From positions 844 to 64,843 of IMG/VR virus record IMGVR_UViG_3300005605_000002: DNA of 64,000 bases, one strand, 5' to 3'. This stretch comes from a virus (Duplodnaviria; Caudoviricetes). The notes beneath the pieces are model-generated. The model was given only the letters and a program-made list of their open reading frames with translations, had not been told where the DNA came from and ran no database searches. The position numbers were made by a program, and so were the translations under genes. Of this stretch, positions 38,556 to 48,151 are shown in pieces; position 1 is the first letter of the stretch; each line of letters begins with the position of its first letter.

Positions 38556-39717
38556 GTTCAGGAAACGTTTTATTAAAATCTCTATTCCTTATTTTATCAT
38601 AATGCTCTGTATGAACTTTAAACTTATTATGAGCTTTAGCATCATATACCGAACTCTTAATATATCGTAATACCCCCTTTAACTGTTCAGCTATGCCATT
38701 ACTAGGAGCTGTTTGTAGATATTGTGTAATTCTTTGACAAGCTTCTTGTTTCTTATCATCGGGCAATATAGATATTGTATAATGTTTAGGATCAACAATA
38801 TTATATAATATTCCATTTGACACATCAAACCTCTGTTCTTGCATATATTTTAAATAATCGGTAAGTGTTAAGAGATTAAACGCACTTACTACAGTATTAA
38901 AACTCAGTCTAACATGAGGTGATTCTTTTTTAATAAGATTTAAATTATTCATTATTACAAACCATTCAGTTCCTTCACGTATATATTCAGCTCTATCACC
39001 CCAACTATCTAAACTAGCATCAACTTTAACATTAGTAAATTTATTCCATAACTTTGTAATACACTCTTTCTTATAAAACAAATTACTAACATTAGAATTA
39101 TATCTTAACATAACATCAGTACGATTATTATCAATTAAATATTCTAAAATATCATAATGCTTATCAGTAAGTAATGGCTCTCCTCCAGCAAAGTAAAAAA
39201 CATCTATATCTTTATAATAAGGTTTAAATTGCTCGTACAAGTCATCATTATCTTTACCACCTGCAAAAATATAAACTTTTTCTTTACCATCTTCTTGGGC
39301 CCAACTAGAACTAAATGTTGCACTACACGTTCTACATTTAAAATTACAAATATTACTCCAACGTATATCCATATAACGTAATTTCATCTCATCAAGACTG
39401 CCATCTGGATTAGTTTCAGAAACAAATGGCATATACTTTGCAAACTGTCTATTATGATGTATGCGTGGACTATTATTGCCTGCCTGTTCATGAACCCAGC
39501 ATTGTCTACATACGTTAGGTTGCTCTCCATTTAACATTTGTAAACGTAACTTTTTATATTCGGGGCTATTCCATATTTCTTTTATAGGAGTATTCTGAGT
39601 ATTACCTAAAGGACTGTTATAATCACCTACACAACAAGGTAATACATTACCATCTGCATTTGCATACATATGAATCCAAGGTAGGATACAAACTGTTTTA
39701 GATTTGTTTGCAGTCAT
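38539..39717 (-). CDS. radical SAM protein with N-terminal Twitch/SPASM-like domain
   Basis: CILPW..PCC..CRQC, CNFKCRTC, AGGEP. Confidence 0.9.
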   Translation of the reverse strand: MTANKSKTVCILPWIHMYANADGNVLPCCVGDYNSPLGNTQNTPIKEIWNSPEYKKLRLQMLNGEQPNVCRQCWVHEQAGNNSPRIHHNRQFAKYMPFVSETNPDGSLDEMKLRYMDIRWSNICNFKCRTCSATFSSSWAQEDGKEKVYIFAGGKDNDDLYEQFKPYYKDIDVFYFAGGEPLLTDKHYDILEYLIDNNRTDVMLRYNSNVSNLFYKKECITKLWNKFTNVKVDASLDSWGDRAEYIREGTEWFVIMNNLNLIKKESPHVRLSFNTVVSAFNLLTLTDYLKYMQEQRFDVSNGILYNIVDPKHYTISILPDDKKQEACQRITQYLQTAPSNGIAEQLKGVLRYIKSSVYDAKAHNKFKVHTEHYDKIRNRDFNKTFPELNGVF

Positions 39718-41077
39718 TATAAAATCCTTCTAGTTCTGGAAAAGTTTTTGTTAAACTACAATCTCTACGCTTATCAAACTCAGTGAACCAATTATAAAAA
39801 TCTGTCCGTGCTTGTTTAAGTTTAGCAGATTCGTAATTTGTTACACGCATATAATTAACTACACGTCTAAATTTTTCTACTTCTAGTGAGCTAAATTTTG
39901 TTCTATCCCTATCGTCTTGATATTCATGCATTAACTGTAAGTGCTTTTCCATATATGACATAAATTTGTCTTTAGGTAATATATTCATATCATATATACT
40001 TGGCTCTTTTAAATGCGGTGTATCAAATCTTATACGTTGCCATTGTGTTTCGTTTGCGGCTGAGTTATACTTACATCGCCATTCTAATATTTTTTCTAAT
40101 AATAAATTAAAACTAGTTACAGAAAAAATATTAAATGTAATCATAAATGTTACAGGCCAACCTGTATTACTTAAATAATGATCTAAATTTTCTTCCCATA
40201 ATTTAATATCTAGTCCTGTACGTGCATACTCGGCTCTTGGTCCCCAAGTATCAATACTTGTATATAATTTAAAACTTTTAATACAATTTTTTTCTTTAAG
40301 TCTTAATACTGTATTAGTTAATTTCTCAACTAATGCATGTTTAACACCCATGTTACTATTAACTTCAATTTGTATATGAGGTTTAGGATCTGCTTCTAAT
40401 TTTTCAAATAAATCCCATAAACTTTTATGCATTAAAGGTTCGCCACCAGTAATACGTAAGATGTTTAAAGTCTTACTAACTTCAGGCCACCACTTCCACC
40501 ATGCATCAACATAAGGATTTTCTTCTTCATTTTTATAAACTTTAAACCAATCAATATCTTGTCTATGAGTACTTGACATTTTATAAGGTCCATGGTCCTC
40601 AATTTCTTTCCAGTATCTGCTACTAGCCTTAGGATGACAATACCCACATTTAAAATTACATTCATTTGAAAAACTAATTTCGATATACTCAGGATTTACG
40701 TTAAATTCTGGTCCTTTTTGTTTTATTTCCGCAACTCTTTCTGGAGTATATATACTTGCTGTTTTAATATGCCTGTCGCTTACATAATCTTTACCCATAG
40801 CTTCAATTTTCCAACAATAACTACAACCATCTGGTTTTTCGCCACAAAGCATTTGCTTACGTTGATCTTTTTTCTCAATAGTATTATGTAATGCACTTGG
40901 GTTGTCTTTTAATTCTTCTAATGGTATAGGGTGCGGAGCAGGATGATAACAACTATGTGTTTCGCCTGTTGCTAGATAGATAGTAGTATGATGCCATTTG
41001 GCTAGACAAAAAGTAGGGCTAATTTCTGCATTAGTGATAGGTAATAGTCTTTTAATTTTAGCTAATTCTTTTTCCAT
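39698..41077 (-). CDS. radical SAM protein with N-terminal Twitch-like domain
   Basis: FCLAKW..SCYH..CSYC, CNFKCGYC, TGGEP; likely start MEKEL (TAATG coupling). Confidence 0.9.
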   Translation of the reverse strand: MEKELAKIKRLLPITNAEISPTFCLAKWHHTTIYLATGETHSCYHPAPHPIPLEELKDNPSALHNTIEKKDQRKQMLCGEKPDGCSYCWKIEAMGKDYVSDRHIKTASIYTPERVAEIKQKGPEFNVNPEYIEISFSNECNFKCGYCHPKASSRYWKEIEDHGPYKMSSTHRQDIDWFKVYKNEEENPYVDAWWKWWPEVSKTLNILRITGGEPLMHKSLWDLFEKLEADPKPHIQIEVNSNMGVKHALVEKLTNTVLRLKEKNCIKSFKLYTSIDTWGPRAEYARTGLDIKLWEENLDHYLSNTGWPVTFMITFNIFSVTSFNLLLEKILEWRCKYNSAANETQWQRIRFDTPHLKEPSIYDMNILPKDKFMSYMEKHLQLMHEYQDDRDRTKFSSLEVEKFRRVVNYMRVTNYESAKLKQARTDFYNWFTEFDKRRDCSLTKTFPELEGFYNDCKQI

Positions 41078-41382
41078 TAGCCTACCCAATTTAAATTTTT
41101 AGCATAGTCTTCTCTTTTTATTCTCTCTGAACGTCTAACCTGAGGATACTTTAATACAAATAACATAGCTTTTTTATCATTTTTAAATTTTGCATATAAA
41201 TGGCAATGAAGCATATCAAAGTCGCTAGGCACACTTCGTTCTTCTGTAATTGTTGCACCATACTTAAATGCATCATCTAATATAGGACCCATTTGATCTC
41301 GCATAATTTGATCGTGCCATATATCAGAACTTTCGTCATCTTTTAAACGAAACGTTCCTATATAGTATCTACAATTACTCAT
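41077..41382 (-). CDS. small hypothetical protein
   Basis: 101 aa, coupled to both neighbours. Confidence 0.65.
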   Translation of the reverse strand: MSNCRYYIGTFRLKDDESSDIWHDQIMRDQMGPILDDAFKYGATITEERSVPSDFDMLHCHLYAKFKNDKKAMLFVLKYPQVRRSERIKREDYAKNLNWVG

Positions 41383-42278
41383 TTTCTACCTATAACCCTG
41401 TCTGTATTAATGTAAACAGTTTTAAAAAACTTACTTTGGTCTGCTGTTAACGGTTGTTCACTTAATGGCAAGTCTAATTCTTTTAATCTAAAACCAAGTT
41501 CACCAACATTATGATATATTTCATCATCTTTTACTTTACTATATTTTTCATCCCACATTTTATTAAGAATAGTAAAATCTCTTGTTTGCGAAACGTCCCA
41601 GTCAGTAAGTGCAAGATGGCATCCTTCTCTTGCTCCATAAATTGCCCATATACCATTATCAACATCAGTACCAACATTCATCCATATTAATAATCTATGA
41701 TAATTTTGCCACCATACATCTTCTGCTAGGTTAGTAACTTTAGCACCTCTGTTAAGACTCATCTTAACACCTTCTCTAAATCCTGCTCTAAAGGCTTGGG
41801 CTTTAGTTGAATTAATAATACTTTCACTATAATTGTCATTTAATTGATAATAATTATCAAAATAACAGAATTCTATCATTGTATCATCATTACCATCGGT
41901 GTTTTCGTGTGTACGCATATTGCTTACAAAATCTTTAGTCCACATTTTTAAACTACCATTACCATACATTAGTCCATTGATGTTAACTTTGCCACACCAA
42001 CTAAATTGATAATCGTCGTCTACTCCTAACGCATCTAAGTCAAGTTTAACATTTAAAAAATTAGGATCAATAATTGTGTCACCATCAACTGTTACAAAAT
42101 GTTTAGTTTCAGATAACTCTGCACACGCCTTATGTGCGGCATCTGATCCTTCTACACCATGAACACGTTTTGCCCATGGTACTTTTTTAACTAAATCAAC
42201 ATAATTCTTTTCAGCATTAGGTTCGTCATAACTTAAAAAGATGATATCTTGTTCTGCAATATTAATGTACATATTCAT
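41379..42278 (-). CDS. GT-A fold glycosyltransferase-like protein
   Basis: LSYDEPNA..HGVEG..TVDGD; paralog of 33620-34303. Confidence 0.65.
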   Translation of the reverse strand: MNMYINIAEQDIIFLSYDEPNAEKNYVDLVKKVPWAKRVHGVEGSDAAHKACAELSETKHFVTVDGDTIIDPNFLNVKLDLDALGVDDDYQFSWCGKVNINGLMYGNGSLKMWTKDFVSNMRTHENTDGNDDTMIEFCYFDNYYQLNDNYSESIINSTKAQAFRAGFREGVKMSLNRGAKVTNLAEDVWWQNYHRLLIWMNVGTDVDNGIWAIYGAREGCHLALTDWDVSQTRDFTILNKMWDEKYSKVKDDEIYHNVGELGFRLKELDLPLSEQPLTADQSKFFKTVYINTDRVIGRK

Positions 42279-42868
42279 TGAATAACTCCGTATGAATATT
42301 CGTCAAATTTTTTCATTGTATAAATTGACACTTCTTCGCCTTCAAATTCAAATTTATCTGTAAAAGGTATTATAACATATTTGTTATTTTCTAAACTAGA
42401 AAAATCAACATATAAAGTCTTATAAAGAATGTTAGGATCATTCTTTCTTGTAACACTTAGACTAACTGTATTATTTAAACTAATATGTTGAGATAGAATA
42501 TTTGCTTTAAGGTTGCCACCTATTTGAATTTTCCAGCATGTATCTTTTATATTCTGTGTTATATTTAAATCTGCATTATCTAAATTGTTCTTAGGTATTT
42601 CATATATTAAATCATTAACACTATAACTATCTATATTGTTGTTTATACGTAATCTTAGTTCATAACCTTTTGTTATTTTAGAATAATGTACATAATAATA
42701 AGACATTTGGTCTTCACCTGATAATAACCCGGCAACTTCTAGAGGATCTACTTCTATAAAATCACACTTTTCTGGTTTATAATTAGGTAACGATAATAAT
42801 TCGCCAGTTTCAGAATTAAAAACAGCGTATCGTTTATTACTTTGTTCTTCTTGTTTTAATATTACCAT
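42275..42868 (-). CDS. hypothetical protein
   Basis: 197 aa coupled ORF. Confidence 0.7.
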   Translation of the reverse strand: MVILKQEEQSNKRYAVFNSETGELLSLPNYKPEKCDFIEVDPLEVAGLLSGEDQMSYYYVHYSKITKGYELRLRINNNIDSYSVNDLIYEIPKNNLDNADLNITQNIKDTCWKIQIGGNLKANILSQHISLNNTVSLSVTRKNDPNILYKTLYVDFSSLENNKYVIIPFTDKFEFEGEEVSIYTMKKFDEYSYGVIQ

Positions 42869-43626
42869 TTTTCTATTAACTTTGTTTCATGTGGGATTTC
42901 CCGCATAGTTTTATTAATACGTATAACTTCCATTAGAAGTGATAAGTCGTCTTGATGAGTACTTGCTAGTGCTTGTATATCTTTTGGAAGACATACTCCA
43001 CCAAAGCCTCGGTGACCATCATCGCCTGGAACTAAAGAATGACTATGTCCTATACGCTTATCTGCACAAACTAAACTATTAACTGTATTATAATCTAATT
43101 TTTCCTTTTCACATATAGTATACAACTGATTAAAAAATGTAACTTTTGTTGCCAGGTATGCATTTCTAAATAACTTTGCAGTAATTAACGCACGAGGGCT
43201 TTCTTTAGAAACAGTAAAAATATCTGAGAACTTTTTAATCCAGAATTTTGTATCGCCGCCACCAACATACATTATTCCTTGATCTCTAAATGCTTCTATT
43301 GGATTAGCTGACGTAAGAAATTCAGGACTAAACGTTATAAATCTTTTATCAAACATTGCTTGTATTTGATCCCATGCATGTAAACTTATTGTGCTTTTTA
43401 TTAAGATCGGTACGTTTCTAGGACAGTTTTTTAATACATCTAATACATTAGATGGATCACAAATACCATTTTTAGTAGGTGTATTAACACAAATAATAAC
43501 ACATGACGGTTTATTCCACCAACCTCCAATTGAGTTATTGTTATATTTAGGATCTACAATTTTAGCTTTAGGAAAAACGCTATGAATTGCTCTACCTACA
43601 TATCCATATCCAGCAATAACTATCAT
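42862..43626 (-). CDS. UDP-glucose dehydrogenase-like protein lacking the C-terminal domain
   Basis: GYGYVG, VNTP, KST, SPEFL, KLFRNAYLATKV, GFGGVCLPKD; about 254 aa. Confidence 0.85.
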   Translation of the reverse strand: MIVIAGYGYVGRAIHSVFPKAKIVDPKYNNNSIGGWWNKPSCVIICVNTPTKNGICDPSNVLDVLKNCPRNVPILIKSTISLHAWDQIQAMFDKRFITFSPEFLTSANPIEAFRDQGIMYVGGGDTKFWIKKFSDIFTVSKESPRALITAKLFRNAYLATKVTFFNQLYTICEKEKLDYNTVNSLVCADKRIGHSHSLVPGDDGHRGFGGVCLPKDIQALASTHQDDLSLLMEVIRINKTMREIPHETKLIEKW

Positions 43627-44459
43627 ATCTTTAACCACTCCTTGTATTTTTGAATTTTATCCTCTGTAACAAAGTCTTTTTCTGTGTAATGAAAAATTCC
43701 TTGCTGTAAATGGTTTCCTATTTTTAATTTTAAATCATCTGTTAAATAACTTCCGACACGATCTTGCCATTTGCTACTAGGATTTTCCCAACCTTGTATA
43801 TAAGACTTCATATGTGTAAAACTAGGAAATAAACATTTATTATTTGTAATTTTTTTATCACAATCAAGTATTTTAGCTACTATTGCCGCACTTAAATCTA
43901 CACTAAGGTTTTTTTGATAAAGTTCTTTAGCATATTTTCCATAAAAGAATTCCCAGTTATTCATTACTAGCTCTAACCACGAATAAAAGTCTTTTGCAAA
44001 ATCACATTTCTTAAAATAATGAAATCCTGCATATAAATTTGGTAGAGAATTAGCTGTAAATGTTTTACGATAATGATCGCTAGTTATTAATTCTCCTCTA
44101 TACGTATAAACATTACTAACAAAAAATAAATCATAATTTTTTAAGAATGTCCACCAATTTTCTAAGTCTTGCAATACTAACATATCAGTATCAAGTATAA
44201 TTGTTTCGTCATACGGTGATGCGTGATATAATTTCCAACGATTATCTACTTTCCATTCTTTATCACTAGCACTATCGTTCCACGGAATTTCTTTTATTAC
44301 ATCAAATAGACTAATATACTCAGATGGAACTGTATCATTTGTAATTAAACAAATGTTAGATTCTTTTTGTGTTGCTTTTATACTCATAGCTAAAAGACAT
44401 GCTTGTAAAACATAGTCATCTTGGCTGTTTTGTGCTATAACTACAAAGCCTTTACTCAT
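43623..44459 (-). CDS. GT-A fold (GT8-like) glycosyltransferase
   Basis: SPYDETIILDTDML, C-terminal FHY. Confidence 0.7.
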   Translation of the reverse strand: MSKGFVVIAQNSQDDYVLQACLLAMSIKATQKESNICLITNDTVPSEYISLFDVIKEIPWNDSASDKEWKVDNRWKLYHASPYDETIILDTDMLVLQDLENWWTFLKNYDLFFVSNVYTYRGELITSDHYRKTFTANSLPNLYAGFHYFKKCDFAKDFYSWLELVMNNWEFFYGKYAKELYQKNLSVDLSAAIVAKILDCDKKITNNKCLFPSFTHMKSYIQGWENPSSKWQDRVGSYLTDDLKLKIGNHLQQGIFHYTEKDFVTEDKIQKYKEWLKI

Positions 44460-45309
44460 TATCTATTATCCTATTAAGACTAAACTTATTAATTACATGA
44501 ACACTACTACCTCTAACTTTTAAAGGAGTATATTCTCCTAAGTATTTGTCTTTTTGTATTAAAAATAAAAATTTGTCGTCTGTTAAATCCCATAAAATAT
44601 CTTTATCACTAGTAAAATATAACTTTCCTGGTAGTTCATGTGAAAAATTACCTCTTTGATAACCATTCATTATATGTACAGCAATACTAAACACCCAATC
44701 ATTACGGAATGTATTTTTATTAATCTGAAAAATACTATTATAGTGTGGCCAGTTCTCTTGTATATGCTTTGTTAATTCGAAATAAATTTTATTAGTTTGA
44801 GTTTTTCTAAAAAATACACAAGTAGCCCAATAAAAATCAACACTAGTATCACTAATATGTTGAAATCGTGGATCATTCCTATATCCACTTAAATCATGTG
44901 AATTTTTATAAATTAAAAAATCATGTTCTTGTGTAAAACAATGTGTAAATAACTGATTATTAATAATATAATCACTATCTAACAATAATGTTTCATCATA
45001 TGGGGTTAAATCGTATGCTTGAGTTCGTAAATCATTTTTAAATTCTAATTGCTTGTATATATTACTGCCATCATAGTAACGTTTTATACTTAAAGGTCGC
45101 GAATATGGCACCTCTATTATCTTATCAAAGACTGTTTCATAGTCTTTATACGTATCTTTAAGATATTGAAGACTATCCGTTACAATAGACGTTGGAAGAT
45201 TTAAATATTCTTTGACACGTTTTGCTAAAAAATGAGCTTGTTTTATATAATCTATTTGAGCATTATTCCTAGCAAATATTAATACGCCTTGTTTATTGCT
45301 CATACTCAA
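44452..45309 (-). CDS. GT-A fold (GT8-like) glycosyltransferase
   Basis: TPYDETLLLDSDY, RND, HVINK; paralog of the adjacent gene. Confidence 0.7.
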   Translation of the reverse strand: MSMSNKQGVLIFARNNAQIDYIKQAHFLAKRVKEYLNLPTSIVTDSLQYLKDTYKDYETVFDKIIEVPYSRPLSIKRYYDGSNIYKQLEFKNDLRTQAYDLTPYDETLLLDSDYIINNQLFTHCFTQEHDFLIYKNSHDLSGYRNDPRFQHISDTSVDFYWATCVFFRKTQTNKIYFELTKHIQENWPHYNSIFQINKNTFRNDWVFSIAVHIMNGYQRGNFSHELPGKLYFTSDKDILWDLTDDKFLFLIQKDKYLGEYTPLKVRGSSVHVINKFSLNRIIDNE

Positions 45310-45649
45310 TTAATCCGTCTACGGACCTTTTAGTTCGTATTTTTTCATACTCTGTTTGATATTCATTAGTTGCTGTAAAGTAAATATCTAGTATATCAGT
45401 AAAAAAGGTATTTAAATCTTCAATTTTAACTGGAGTATCATTATCGTCCAGTAATACAATATCAGAATCATTACCTTTAGTACATAACATATTCACAAAA
45501 GTAATTAATTCTTTAGTTACTGCAAATTGGCCGCCATTAAAATAATGGACTGCACTTTCGTAATATTTTTCTTTTAAAATACGCTTTTGGTTATTAAGCG
45601 TTACCATATAATTAGAAAATTCTAATGCTTTGGATAAGCGTTCATCCAT
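45293..45649 (-). CDS. hypothetical phage protein
   Basis: AGGAG SD, 118 aa; heads the long minus-strand unit. Confidence 0.75.
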   Translation of the reverse strand: MDERLSKALEFSNYMVTLNNQKRILKEKYYESAVHYFNGGQFAVTKELITFVNMLCTKGNDSDIVLLDDNDTPVKIEDLNTFFTDILDIYFTATNEYQTEYEKIRTKRSVDGLIEYEQ

Positions 45650-45663
45650 AATTGTACTCCTAT

Positions 45664-45679
45664 AATATACGTATATTTA
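45664..45679 (-). promoter_or_regulatory. late-like promoter overlapping a perfect palindrome
   Basis: AATATACGTATATT (45664-45677); TAAATA on - (45674-45679). Confidence 0.6.
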
Positions 45680-45706
45680 CAGGAAAATTACTTTGGGGGA
45701 GTTAAA

Positions 45707-46612
45707 TTAGGTTAAGTTACTACTACCGTCGTTAGCATACGTTGGGGTTGCTACTTCAACATTTACGCCAGTTGGTCGGAATTGTCCTACCAAACTTGTA
45801 AGTGTACCTTTAACTGTTTCATCAACATTTGGCCAACCGCCAGCTGGATCATCATCGTTAAAGTTCATTCTAAATGTAAGTACAGTCGGATTAACTGCTG
45901 TATTACCTTTTGCTTCTATAATATAATGGTTTTCTGTATATGTTCCTGAGCCTTGTTTATCAAATATTGACTGATATGATGTAGTAAGCCCATAATATCC
46001 AATAGCTGATCCTGTACCTGTACCTGTAGCCGAAGTAGCAGTATAGTTAAACGACACAACTTGCATGTTTGCTAATACATACATCCAATCAACTGTTTTA
46101 GATTCAGTACCTACATAAGCAATATTTGCCGTAAAACGAATTTCGCCACCAGCATTAAAAAAATGTCTTGCGGCATCGGCAGTTGCAAATGTTACATTAA
46201 CAATATGATCAAGTTGACCGCTCCAAGCAGTTGTATATTGTCCTTGAACTCCTGCTTCGGAACTACCTTGATTAACGTTACATAGAAATTTACTATTTTC
46301 AAGTGTAGTAGTTAAGTTTTCAAACTGAGCTACGCCTTTTTTATTAACCGTATTACTATCTAAAATTGTATCCGTAGTGGCAATAAGAGCTATTTCAGTT
46401 GGTGTAATGTTTGTTTGATGTTTTCTACCAGCGGCAATGTCATCATATAATAATGCCATGTGCGTTGCTGTTACTATTTCTGATGCGGCTACTTGTGAAC
46501 TATTTAATGCTTGTCCCCAACCGTCATCACCAGACCCAGTTCCTAATATTGTTGCAACACGGCTTTGTAGATTATTATATCTTGCCGCTGTAATTATATC
46601 GCCAACTGCCAT
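45707..46612 (-). CDS. virion structural protein (tail-associated)
   Basis: G/T/S/A-rich, MAVGDIITAARYN, FFNAGGEIRF; follows the fibre genes. Confidence 0.65.
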   Translation of the reverse strand: MAVGDIITAARYNNLQSRVATILGTGSGDDGWGQALNSSQVAASEIVTATHMALLYDDIAAGRKHQTNITPTEIALIATTDTILDSNTVNKKGVAQFENLTTTLENSKFLCNVNQGSSEAGVQGQYTTAWSGQLDHIVNVTFATADAARHFFNAGGEIRFTANIAYVGTESKTVDWMYVLANMQVVSFNYTATSATGTGTGSAIGYYGLTTSYQSIFDKQGSGTYTENHYIIEAKGNTAVNPTVLTFRMNFNDDDPAGGWPNVDETVKGTLTSLVGQFRPTGVNVEVATPTYANDGSSNLT

Positions 46613-46615
46613 TTG

Positions 46616-48115
46616 TTATACCTTTAATATGCATTCAACTAGTTTTTCAGAAGCACTAGCATTTGATTCGAGGGCAACGCCTACAATTAATGATCCATTC
46701 TCTGAAGTTGCACATGCTGTACCTGTTCGACCAGCATAAACAATTTCACCTTTATTAACTGGTCCTGTTACTCTTACTGGAACTCGTCCTTTAAGTGCAA
46801 CATTTTGACCATCAGCATCTTTATTCATTAAAAATGCTGGACTTTCACTAATAACACCAACTGGTGCCGGTGCAATAAAGCCTAATGCCATGTCTGTATT
46901 CTTTGAATCGCATTCTGTTAATTCTTTATCGCCACCAACTACTACTACTGTACCAAATCCGTATTCTTTATCAGTTGTATATTTCTCAGCCAAGTCAGCA
47001 TATTGTGCCGCTGTAGCTGTTCCTGTAAATACGTTTGCAACTAAGTTACCACTAGCATCTCTAACTGCTACTGTATTAATTGTAGCGGCAATATCAGGGG
47101 ATCTATCATTAGCCCCTACTCTTAGAGTTGATGCACTTGATGCCAATCCAGTAAACGCTGTTGAATGAATATTAGCAAATTTTGATGTTGTTTTGCCTAA
47201 CTCAAATGTATCTGTTGTTGGTGGATATAATCCTAATGCATCTATTGTAAGGGGTTCTTTAACAGCACCTGTTACATCATCAACTTTAAATTTAATTACT
47301 GTACCAATTTGATTTTGTATTACACCTTCATTATCATTTTCGATGTAAATTTTCATGTCATTGGAATCACCAATGGCAATACCAGCATCTGCAAAAGTTA
47401 CTAATGACGTAAATGCTCCTGATCCTGAAAGAGCAAAATCTGTGTCTGACTTACCATTTAATTTTAATGAGTTACTTGCAGTTCCCCAATAATAATCTGT
47501 TGTACTAGTTACGCCACCTGTTGAATTAATTGTATTACGTAATGTAGTACCTTTCTTAATATTATCAAATCCAGTAATAAGATTAGTTGGATCTGTAGAG
47601 TCTATTGTAAATGCTATTGAACTAATAATAAAAATTACTTCATCATTAACTGTAGCGGCAATAACAATTCTGTTTACATTAGTAGTATCACGAACTGCTC
47701 TGGTTACCATCTGTGAAACAGTTGTTCCAATACCTTGTGGGCCAATTAAAATATATCCTGTTCCGTTATAAGCATAAAGTTGTTCATTTGCAGAATCCCA
47801 CCAAAGATCGCCTGTGGCTAACCCTGCTGGTGCTGTTGTGGCAACTTCTGCTCCGCCAGTAGTCCTAAACTTAGAACCATCATAAAATTTTAATTTACTA
47901 GCTGTAGCATCATACCAAACTTGTCCAGATATAGCCTTAGGTGGCTCAGCCGCTCCACTAAAACTCTCTAGTAAGTGTAGAAAGTTTTCATTCTGAATTT
48001 CACCATATCCAGCATAGTTTTTACCTACTAATTTAATATCAGTAGTTTGGTCGACTGTACCGTCTTCTACGACTACTAACGTTACTCCGCTATATCTATC
48101 TATTGTATATGCCAT
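46616..48115 (-). CDS. tail fibre protein
   Basis: Shared N-terminal GKNYAGYGE..NENFLHLLE..GQ.WYD module; C-terminal YADLAEKY..GRVPVRV domain. Confidence 0.8.
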   Translation of the reverse strand: MAYTIDRYSGVTLVVVEDGTVDQTTDIKLVGKNYAGYGEIQNENFLHLLESFSGAAEPPKAISGQVWYDATASKLKFYDGSKFRTTGGAEVATTAPAGLATGDLWWDSANEQLYAYNGTGYILIGPQGIGTTVSQMVTRAVRDTTNVNRIVIAATVNDEVIFIISSIAFTIDSTDPTNLITGFDNIKKGTTLRNTINSTGGVTSTTDYYWGTASNSLKLNGKSDTDFALSGSGAFTSLVTFADAGIAIGDSNDMKIYIENDNEGVIQNQIGTVIKFKVDDVTGAVKEPLTIDALGLYPPTTDTFELGKTTSKFANIHSTAFTGLASSASTLRVGANDRSPDIAATINTVAVRDASGNLVANVFTGTATAAQYADLAEKYTTDKEYGFGTVVVVGGDKELTECDSKNTDMALGFIAPAPVGVISESPAFLMNKDADGQNVALKGRVPVRVTGPVNKGEIVYAGRTGTACATSENGSLIVGVALESNASASEKLVECILKV

Positions 48116-48151
48116 AGTTTTTTAACCCCTGTTAAGTATATTTATCATTTA

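Noticed and set aside
25631-41382. Classical RiPP cluster interpretation
   Set aside because: No short precursor peptide, RRE/PqqD domain, peptidase or exporter is visible among the radical SAM genes
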